A DNA stretch of 63,986 bases, the filler included, from an uncultured bacterium (lineage in GTDB: Bacteria; CAYJOG01), in the NCBI GenBank assembly GCA_964371695.1. It is 14 parts of 14 records of this genome, joined end to end, with 100 filler letters (N's around TTAATTAATTAA, not from the genome) between each part and the next. Parts side by side here need not be neighbours in the genome. Positions count along the whole stretch, not along the records: positions 55,998 to 60,442 come from CAYJOG010000288.1; positions 60,543 to 63,986 come from CAYJOG010000379.1; 12 more parts are not named here. The stretch is one strand, 5' to 3'. This document shows positions 56,888 through 63,986 of the stretch, piece by piece (positions within the stretch are counted from its first letter, which is position 1; every line of letters starts with the position of its first letter). The notes beneath the pieces were generated by a model, which worked only from the letters and a program-made list of their open reading frames with translations, was not told the origin of the DNA and ran no database searches. The position numbers were made by a program, and so were the translations under genes.

Positions 56888-57840
56888 GTCAGTTGTTTCA
56901 GGAAAAAGTCCAGCCCCTGCACCCACCGCTGGGCGATTTCCTCAAGGGGGTCATAGTTGTCTGGCAACTGGGGCATCAGCGTCACCAGATGCCCACCCAG
57001 CTCCATGAAATCCTTGAGCGGCTCGCCGTGCTGGCCATGCACCAAGCCAGCGGTGCTCACGCCCAGGTGCCAGCGGCAGCGCCCCAGCGCCACTGCACCC
57101 ACCGAAACATCCAGCCGGTCACTCAGCACCAGAGAGGCCCGCTCCACTTCCTCCAGCAGGCTTTTGAGCGACGGCCCGCCAGACACCTGCACCTCTTTGG
57201 GCAGGTTCGCCATCAGGGCGTTGTTGCCGGGGGCGAACACCGTCACGGCCCGGCCTGCCTCCAGCAGGTGTTTCACCAGATGGCTGAACTCTTCTTCGTG
57301 CAGCCGCCACAAAGGGTCGTCGGTCAGCGCGATGAAGACCGACCCGTCCTGCGGCGGATTGATGTTTTCGGGCATCAGGCTGCGGGCGGCGGCGCGCCAG
57401 GGCTTGGGCGTCTGTGTGGCCGTGCCCTCCATCAGGCCGGTGAGCGCCTGCAAAATGGACCGCTGCGGGTGAGGTTGATCCTGCCCTTCATCCCACCACA
57501 CCAGCGGCTCGTTTTTGCACCGGGCCACCAGGGCGGCGGCGGTGGCCTCTGGCCCCACGCCCAGCAGCAGCCATCCGGTGGTTTCTTCGGCCAGGGGGTG
57601 CATTTCCATCAGGGCCTGCACCAGCCCCCGCACGCGATTTTCGCCCACCGGCACACCCAGATAATGATCTGGCCGGGCAAAGGGCGTCTCCTGAAAATAA
57701 GGCGCGGCCAGATTGATGGCATGGGTGCCCCCGGCGTAAATCACCGCTGCTTCGGCGTGTTCACCCAGCGCCCGGCGCAACGCCTTGGCGGCGATGAGCT
57801 GGCACCGATGCCCCACAACAATATTGATACGGCCTGCCAT
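56884..57840 (-). CDS. Degenerate UDP-GlcNAc 2-epimerase-like (GT-B fold) protein
   Basis: INIVVG.R, PDHYLGV, ASLVLSD...A..LG; canonical catalytic motifs not seen. Confidence 0.55.
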   Translation of the reverse strand: MAGRINIVVGHRCQLIAAKALRRALGEHAEAAVIYAGGTHAINLAAPYFQETPFARPDHYLGVPVGENRVRGLVQALMEMHPLAEETTGWLLLGVGPEATAAALVARCKNEPLVWWDEGQDQPHPQRSILQALTGLMEGTATQTPKPWRAAARSLMPENINPPQDGSVFIALTDDPLWRLHEEEFSHLVKHLLEAGRAVTVFAPGNNALMANLPKEVQVSGGPSLKSLLEEVERASLVLSDRLDVSVGAVALGRCRWHLGVSTAGLVHGQHGEPLKDFMELGGHLVTLMPQLPDNYDPLEEIAQRWVQGLDFFLKQLT

Positions 57841-57855
57841 GGGCTGAAGCCGTCA

Positions 57856-58545
57856 TTATGACGGGGATTTCGGAACTTCTTTAACAACCGGGCAAACCAT
57901 ATGCACCTTGCCCTCGGTGTGATCCCGTATCGCCGGGGGCAGCACCGGAAACCGCCGCTGGTCTTCGGCGTAGCCATGGCGGCCATAGAGCGCCATGGCC
58001 CGGTGGTTGTCGCCCCACACGTGCAGGCTCAGGCTGTCTGTCCCCCGGCGATGAGCCTCTTCTCTGGCCCATTGCAGCAGCGCTGCGCCAATGCCCCGGC
58101 CCTGCCAGCGCTCGTCCACCCCCAGGCAGTTGACATACAGACTGCCCGGCAGGTGATCGTGGTGCATTTCGCTGAACAGCCGCCCCTTCACCCGCAGTCC
58201 CAGCAAGTCGCCCAGTTGGTATGACCGCCACACAAACCGCCCCATGGCCACCGGCCCAAGGGCCAGCATTCTGCCCAGGGGAATGTCCTTGAGCAGGGCG
58301 GATTCTTCATGGGTGTACACGTTCATCACCCCCACCACTTCGCCCGCCACCTCGGCCACCCGCCAGCGGGGATAACCAAAAGCCGAGCCTTCCATCGCCA
58401 GTTGATGCTGAAAAATCTCCTCGCCAGCCACACCCTTTTTCAGACCGCCAAAGTAATAGGGCAAAATGCCCCGCGAACTGATGAACCACAACCGGGCCAG
58501 GGCCAGGGCGTCGTCTTTTCGGGCAGCGCGATAAACAAAACTCAT
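57856..58545 (-). CDS. GNAT acetyltransferase
   Basis: LGVDERWQGRGIGAALL, N.RAMALY.RHGY. Confidence 0.88.
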   Translation of the reverse strand: MSFVYRAARKDDALALARLWFISSRGILPYYFGGLKKGVAGEEIFQHQLAMEGSAFGYPRWRVAEVAGEVVGVMNVYTHEESALLKDIPLGRMLALGPVAMGRFVWRSYQLGDLLGLRVKGRLFSEMHHDHLPGSLYVNCLGVDERWQGRGIGAALLQWAREEAHRRGTDSLSLHVWGDNHRAMALYGRHGYAEDQRRFPVLPPAIRDHTEGKVHMVCPVVKEVPKSPS

Positions 58546-58558
58546 TGCACCACCTCGT

Positions 58559-59776
58559 TCATTGCAACACCACGCCGCACACCGACACCACCGAGGTCAC
58601 GGCCTCGTCGGCGGGGCACTGGGCATAACCGGCGGATGCGCCGCTGGTTTTTTCCAGAGCCTTGAGCGTGAGGTAAATCGGCGAAAAACCACACACGTTG
58701 TTTTCATCCCGCACGGCGCTGATGCGATTGAAAAACCCCTGGGCGTCGCCCTGGCACATGGTGGTGATGAGGGCTTCATCAGCCTGTTGCAGACTGGTTT
58801 TGGCGGCGTCATCCATGGGGCTGGTGCTGAAGGCGGGGCCAAGGTGCGCCAGGTCGCCCGCCGCCACCAGCAGGGTGTCTTTTTCGGACAGGATGTTGCG
58901 CAGCCCCCCCAGAAACGCCCCCACCTGGGGGGCCGCCGAAGGGTCCCCCCCCGGCCCCATAAAGCGCGCAAAGGAACCGGTGAGCACCGGCACCGTGGCC
59001 ACCGGCTCACCGCCCCGCAGGTGGTGCAACCACACGCTGGCCAGTTCCACCGAGTGCTCCTGCGTGTGGCGCAGTTCACCGGCAAAAGCGCTGTCTCCCA
59101 CCGCCTGGGCCAGGGCGGTGACGGCCTCCTGAAGAGTGGGCAGCACACCATAGGGCGTGGCGTAATTCTGGCGCGTGAGGGTGAACAGATCCTGGCCGCC
59201 GCCGAAATGATCGGTGCCCAGAATCACCACCAGTTTCGCCCGGCGCACGGCCTGGGCGGCCTGGGCCCACACCTGGGCATACACCGCGCCACCACGGGCA
59301 TAATCGATGTGCGGACTCACCAGTCCACGGCTGCGGCTGGCCACCGGCCCTTGCTCAGCGCCACCCGCCGACAGATACCCCTCCATCTGTTTTTTCAGTT
59401 CCTGGGGCTGATGGGCATAGGCTGCGCCCGCCGAGGCGGGCGGGCGAAAAGGGGCCTTCTGATAGTTTTCCAGCGCCTTGGCCTGGGCGACACGGGAGCG
59501 TTCATTCTGAAGCAGAAAAGCGCCGTCCAGCGCCTGAAGCATCTGGTCTATCACCGGCTGGGCCACCGACACGCCATATCGGCGCTGGGCCTCGGCGGCC
59601 AGTTCCGCCGCCGGGGTTTTGCCGTCCAGCAACATCAGCAGCGGCCCAAAAGCCTGGGGGGCCATGAGCACCTGGTCCGAAAGCTCCAGGGGGTCGCGCA
59701 AGAGAAAAAACGCCTCGCCCTCCCGCTCCATGGGGCGCACGTCCAGCGGCCGCAGCAGGGGAAAAGCGTCGGGCAT
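58559..59776 (-). CDS. amrB: AmmeMemoRadiSam system protein B (MEMO1 family)
   Basis: RPPASAG.AY, SPHIDY..GG, GTDH, EHSVE, DLAH.G, NVCG. Confidence 0.88.
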   Translation of the reverse strand: MPDAFPLLRPLDVRPMEREGEAFFLLRDPLELSDQVLMAPQAFGPLLMLLDGKTPAAELAAEAQRRYGVSVAQPVIDQMLQALDGAFLLQNERSRVAQAKALENYQKAPFRPPASAGAAYAHQPQELKKQMEGYLSAGGAEQGPVASRSRGLVSPHIDYARGGAVYAQVWAQAAQAVRRAKLVVILGTDHFGGGQDLFTLTRQNYATPYGVLPTLQEAVTALAQAVGDSAFAGELRHTQEHSVELASVWLHHLRGGEPVATVPVLTGSFARFMGPGGDPSAAPQVGAFLGGLRNILSEKDTLLVAAGDLAHLGPAFSTSPMDDAAKTSLQQADEALITTMCQGDAQGFFNRISAVRDENNVCGFSPIYLTLKALEKTSGASAGYAQCPADEAVTSVVSVCGVVLQ

Positions 59777-59832
59777 GTTCAAAGTGTAGTGCCACAGAAC
59801 CGCGTTTCTTATGAAAAAAATGACACATCGTT

Positions 59833-59963
59833 CCCTCTCCCCTTTACGGGGAGAGGGTGGCGCGGAGCGCCGGGTGAGGGGTTAGATGCAGGCAAAAAAC
59901 AATGGTTTTTTTTCTTTTGATTTAACCCCTCACCCCAACCCTCTCCCCGATGGGGGAGAGGGG
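59833..59963. repeat. Family D paired CCCTCTCCCC..GGGGAGAGGG hairpins
   Basis: Inverted pair; related copies at 24025, 44593 and 50765. Confidence 0.75.
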
Positions 59964-59971
59964 GAAATGCC

Positions 59972-60442
59972 CTATTTCTGATGCTGGTGCAGACCACATT
60001 CTTTGGTGTCGGGGTTTTCCCACCACCAGCGGCCAGCCCGGTGGTCTTCACCCGGCGCGACGGCCCGTGTGCAGGGCGAGCAGCCGATGCTGGGGAAATT
60101 GCGATCGTAGAGTTTGTTGTAGGGCAGGTGGTTGGCCCGGATGTATTCCCAGGTCTGATCAAAGGTCCAGTCCAGAATGGGGCTGACCTTGATCATGCCG
60201 CCGTTGCCGTGGTCAATCTCCACGATGTCCATGTCCGCGCGGGTCACGGCCTGATCCCGCCGCAGGCCCACAATCCACGCCTTTTTGCCCGCCAGCGCCC
60301 GGCGCAGGGGCTCCACCTTGCGAATGCCGCAGCATTCCTTACGGTTCTCCACCGATTCGCGGAAGGAATACAACCCTTTTTTGCGTTCCAGTTCCTGCAC
60401 CGCCTGGGTGTCTGGATACATGAACTCAATGGGGTGCGGGAT
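59972..60442 (-). CDS. cysH: APS/PAPS reductase, Fe-S type (5' truncated)
   Basis: CCGIRKVEPL, SIGCSPCT, RAGRWWWE, ECGLH. Confidence 0.92.
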   Translation of the reverse strand: MPHPIEFMYPDTQAVQELERKKGLYSFRESVENRKECCGIRKVEPLRRALAGKKAWIVGLRRDQAVTRADMDIVEIDHGNGGMIKVSPILDWTFDQTWEYIRANHLPYNKLYDRNFPSIGCSPCTRAVAPGEDHRAGRWWWENPDTKECGLHQHQK

Positions 60443-60568
60443 NNNNNNNNNNNNNNNNNNNNNNNNNNNNNNNNNNNNNNNNNNNNTTAATTAATTAANN
60501 NNNNNNNNNNNNNNNNNNNNNNNNNNNNNNNNNNNNNNNNNNCACTGAGGGAGAGAGATGTTTTTTTA

Positions 60569-60592
60569 GTGGGGCGGGCGTCCCCGCCCGCC
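60569..60592 (+). repeat. GTGG-REP hairpin
   Basis: GTGGGGCGGGCGTCCCCGCCCGCC, same as the copies at 39343/39405. Confidence 0.75.
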
Positions 60593-60634
60593 GTTGCCAG
60601 GGGCCGATCATTTTTGTGAGCCTATAATGGCGCG

Positions 60635-61720
60635 GTGACTGGTGCGATTTCAGTGGGTGTGGTGGGGCTGGGGGCGGTGGCCCAGCGGGGCATTTTGCCG
60701 CTTCTGGTGCGTTCGCCCCACTTCGAACTGAAGGCCATTTGCAGCCCCAGCCAGCATCAGCTGGACCGCCTGGGAAAACTCTATGGCGTGGAGCACACCT
60801 TCACGATGTGGGAAGACCTTTTGGCGGTGGGGGGCATTCAGGCCCTGGTGGTGCTGGACGTTTACCGTCAGGACATCATCATGACCGCGCTTGAGCAGGG
60901 GCTGCATGTGCTCACTGCTGCGCCCCTGGCTTATAACAGCGACGAGGCTCGCGCCATCCGAGACCTGGCCGATGAAAAGGAAACCGTGGTGATGGTGGCC
61001 CACCTACGCCGTTATGACCGCAGTTTTGAACGGGCCGAGCGGCTGGTGCAGGAGATACTCAATCAGGACGACGCCCGCCTGCTCTCGCTCACCGACATCC
61101 GCACCTCTGCCGAAGCCGACAGGGCGGATCTGGTGCCCATGACGGACCTGGCCCCCGGCGTGCAGGAGGGCCGCATGGCCCTGGCGGAGCTGTCCATGGA
61201 AAACGCCATGGGCGAAGGCGAAACCAGCATGGCCATGCGCATCGCCTGCCGCACACTGCTGGACGCCTCTGATCAGGTGAGCATCCTGCGGGGTCTGGCG
61301 GGGCGTCCCAAACAGCTTTTGCACGCCCAGATGACGCCCATGGGTAACTTTATTCTGGTGACGCTGGGTTATCCCGGCGAACTGCTGGCCCAGATGACCA
61401 TTGGCCGCACCCACCGTTTCAGGCCCGAAGAACGCCTGGAGGTGCATGGGGTGTTGTCCAGCCTTGTGTTTTCGCCGCCCGACGTGCTGCATGATCTGGA
61501 AGACGGCCTGATCACCCGTGTGAGCCACGACACGGGCGAGGAACAGCGGCGGTCTTATCGCGTGGGGCCGGCCCGCGCAGTGGAAAACACATTGGAAAAA
61601 TTCGCCGAGTGTATTCGTGAGCTGTGTGCTTCTCCCACGGGCACGCATCCGGGTGTAGAAGAAGTGGAGCTGCTGGAGGCAATTCTGGGGCTGCTAAAAA
61701 AAAGTTCGTCGGGAGTCTGA
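60635..61720 (+). CDS. Gfo/Idh/MocA oxidoreductase-like protein
   Basis: VGVVGLGAVA, GLHVLTAAP (EKP degenerate), RRYD. Confidence 0.8.
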   Translation: MTGAISVGVVGLGAVAQRGILPLLVRSPHFELKAICSPSQHQLDRLGKLYGVEHTFTMWEDLLAVGGIQALVVLDVYRQDIIMTALEQGLHVLTAAPLAYNSDEARAIRDLADEKETVVMVAHLRRYDRSFERAERLVQEILNQDDARLLSLTDIRTSAEADRADLVPMTDLAPGVQEGRMALAELSMENAMGEGETSMAMRIACRTLLDASDQVSILRGLAGRPKQLLHAQMTPMGNFILVTLGYPGELLAQMTIGRTHRFRPEERLEVHGVLSSLVFSPPDVLHDLEDGLITRVSHDTGEEQRRSYRVGPARAVENTLEKFAECIRELCASPTGTHPGVEEVELLEAILGLLKKSSSGV

Positions 61721-61723
61721 ATC

Positions 61724-62458
61724 ATGCGTGTTCTGTTGAGCAGTCGTTCGTTTGGGGCACTGATCCGCCAAGGGGGGCTGGAGGCGTTTATAGAGGTTGC
61801 CGGTGGTTTGCAGGGTGTCTGTGGCGTGGAAATACGGGCGCGGGATTTGCCCGGCGTGAGCGAAGACCTGGCCTGGGCGCTGCGCCAGATGTGCGCACGG
61901 GCCGGACTGTGTGTGCCCCTGTTTTCCATCGAGGCGGATTTTGGCCACCACGACAGATCGGAACGGGAAAAGGAAATGGAATCCATTAGCAACTGGGCAG
62001 CCCTGGGGGCCAAGATGGGGGCGCAGGCCCTGTGCCTCACCAGCGGCTCGCTGCATGGCCGCGAGCGGGATTTTGTGGAACTGGTGCGCTGCCTGACGGT
62101 GTCGTCGTTATTGACCGAGGGCGAGGGGCTTTTGATGGTGGTGGAAAACGACCGGTCGGAAGACGGCCTGATCCGCTCTCTGCCGGAACTGGAAAACCTC
62201 ATCGACAGCATCGAGACCCCCAACGCCGCCCTGGCGGTGGACGTGGCGGCACTCAGGGACAAACCCTCTGCCCAACAGGCTCAGCGTCTGAGTCAGGGGT
62301 CGCTGTTCTGGCGGCTGTGGGCCGAAGACGAAGCGGCGCTGGCCCGCTGGCCCAAGGAAGCCGCCGCCAGCGGTTTCACCGGCTGGCTGGTGCTCGACGC
62401 CCACGAGGCCCAAACGGAAAAAGAGTGGCGGCGAGTGGTGGAGAAGCTGGGGGGGTAG
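61724..62458 (+). CDS. Sugar-phosphate isomerase/epimerase-like TIM-barrel protein
   Basis: GVEI, A..GA, VVEND, AVDV, GFTGWLVL. Confidence 0.65.
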   Translation: MRVLLSSRSFGALIRQGGLEAFIEVAGGLQGVCGVEIRARDLPGVSEDLAWALRQMCARAGLCVPLFSIEADFGHHDRSEREKEMESISNWAALGAKMGAQALCLTSGSLHGRERDFVELVRCLTVSSLLTEGEGLLMVVENDRSEDGLIRSLPELENLIDSIETPNAALAVDVAALRDKPSAQQAQRLSQGSLFWRLWAEDEAALARWPKEAAASGFTGWLVLDAHEAQTEKEWRRVVEKLGG

Positions 62459-62791
62459 GGCGGTGGTGGAAATGCCGGGGTAAGAAGCGGGGAGGTTTTT
62501 CACCTCTCCCCTTGAGGGCTTGTCATTACCCACAAATATCGCAAGGGCTGTCGTGAATAACCCGCAACCCGGCTAACAGTGTTATTTAAAATAATAAAGA
62601 AAAAAACATAGGTTTTTGTATTTTACAGGNNNNNNNNNNNNNNNNNNNNNNNNNNNNNNNNNNNNNNNNNNNNNNNNNNNNNNNNNNNNNNNNNNNNNNN
62701 NNNCCCGATTGGGGGGCAACCACGCCGGGTAATTGGCAGAACACTTGGCTTCCGTTGCCATTTGTCGGGTGGGGTCCAAAGAGGCAGGCCC

Positions 62792-63607
62792 TTACCCCTT
62801 CATCGCCCCCATCACCATGCCCTGGTGCAAACGGTGGCGGAAAATCAGGAACAGCACCACCAGCGGCACGGTGGCGATGAAGCACCCGGCGAAAAGGTGT
62901 TGCCAGTCCAGGCTGTTGGGCCCAAGCGCCGTCATCATCAGCCCCACGGGCAGGGTGTAGAGGTCGGGGTTGCTGATGAGTACCAGCGGGAAAAGGATGC
63001 TGTTCCAGTTCACGATCATGGTGTTGAGCGCGCAGAACACCAGCGTGGGCCCCAGCAGGGGCCACACGATGCGCCGGAACACCATCCATTCCCCCGCGCC
63101 GTCCAGCCGGGCGGCGTCTTCGAGTGTTTCGGGTTGCTGGCTCAGGGCCTGACGGATGAGAAACACGTTAAACGCGTCGGCCCAGAAGGGCAGGATGAGC
63201 GCGGCGTAGGTGTCGCGGATGTGCAGGCGGCTGCACAACAGATAAAGGGGAATCATGAGCAGTTGTTTGGGCACCATCAGCGACGCCAGCACCAGCGAAA
63301 ACAGCAGTTTGTCGGCGGTGAACCGTTTGCGGGCAAACACGTATCCCGCGCAGGCGCTGAGCATGAGGTTGCCCGCCACCACACCCGCCGCCACCACCAC
63401 CGAGTTGACCAGAAACCGTCCGAACCGGCCCCCTTGCCACAGGTCCGCCACGTGGGCCAGCGTGAGGCCGGGGGGCAGCAGGCGCAGCTCGCCCTGGTGC
63501 ATGAGCGGTTCGGTGCTGAGCGCCCCCGCCAGCAGAAAATAAAACGGAAACACCAGCAGCAGCGCCACGCCCAGCAACACCACAAAAGCCAGTGTGCGGC
63601 GGCTCAT
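62792..63607 (-). CDS. Carbohydrate ABC transporter permease
   Basis: LEDAARLDGA, NWNS..FPLV, TLPVGL, G..KG terminus. Confidence 0.92.
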   Translation of the reverse strand: MSRRTLAFVVLLGVALLLVFPFYFLLAGALSTEPLMHQGELRLLPPGLTLAHVADLWQGGRFGRFLVNSVVVAAGVVAGNLMLSACAGYVFARKRFTADKLLFSLVLASLMVPKQLLMIPLYLLCSRLHIRDTYAALILPFWADAFNVFLIRQALSQQPETLEDAARLDGAGEWMVFRRIVWPLLGPTLVFCALNTMIVNWNSILFPLVLISNPDLYTLPVGLMMTALGPNSLDWQHLFAGCFIATVPLVVLFLIFRHRLHQGMVMGAMKG

Positions 63608-63986
63608 GGCGCGCCGCCCTTTTGCCGCAACAAGGCCCATTGCAGGGCGCTGAACACGCCCGACAGCGCCACCAGGGCAAAAGCCTGGGCGGCGGCATAA
63701 CCCATGTCCATGTGGCGAAAGCCGGTTTTGTACATCAACAGCACGAGGCTGAGGGTGGCGTTTTGGGGGCCGCCGTCGGTCATGGTGAGCACCTCGGTGA
63801 ACAGTTGCAGCGAGCGGATGCCGTTGATCACCACCACGAACAGCAGAATGGGTTTCAGGGCGGGCAGGGTGATGGTGCGCATCACCAGCCAGGGCCCCGC
63901 GCCGTCCAGCCGGGCGCTTTCAAAAAGGGAAGGTGAAATCTGGCGCAGCGCCGTGAGAAAAATCAGGGCGTAATAACCCATGGCGG
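63604..63986 (-). CDS. Carbohydrate ABC transporter permease (5' end outside the window)
   Basis: LFESARLDGA, ITLP.LKP, MTDGGP, MGYAAA. Confidence 0.92.
   Translation of the reverse strand, partial: AMGYYALIFLTALRQISPSLFESARLDGAGPWLVMRTITLPALKPILLFVVVINGIRSLQLFTEVLTMTDGGPQNATLSLVLLMYKTGFRHMDMGYAAAQAFALVALSGVFSALQWALLRQKGGAP

Noticed and set aside
4635-60542. Regularly spaced TTAATTAATTAA motif every ~4.6 kb
   Set aside because: Artificial linker between length-sorted contigs; not biological, and cross-contig adjacency carries no information.

Overview
The window is not one locus. It is about 14 short (~4.4-4.6 kb) contigs of a GC-rich bacterial draft or MAG, joined by N-TTAATTAATTAA-N linkers, so synteny is only valid inside each contig. 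Housekeeping and metabolic genes: glxK, sthA, pccB-like, nuoA/nuoB, ntrX-like, mutY, hisD, split transketolase, cysM, trpB, topA, cysH and tRNA-Cys. Transport and signalling genes: Gld-like and sugar ABC transporters, an FTR1 iron permease under a Fur box, a minor-pilin cluster, a TPR-adenylate cyclase and a GGDEF protein. A giant Ig-repeat protein (missed by the ORF track) shares its repeat unit with the gene translationally coupled to a signal-peptide RHS/YD protein. The most striking signal is a rich set of small non-autonomous repeats (MITEs and REP-like hairpins) that nest inside each other. One family (B, TIR GAGCCTGTTTTAAAA, TNA target duplication) is inserted in frame inside two protein-coding genes: a prepilin leader (+81 aa) and an MFS central loop (+62 aa). 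Both intragenic copies are stop-free in both orientations, whereas the full-length intergenic copy carries stops. A 60-nt cassette replaces 3 nt in hairpin loops of two unrelated repeat families. Many genes look leaderless (TANNNT 6-9 nt before the start codon).
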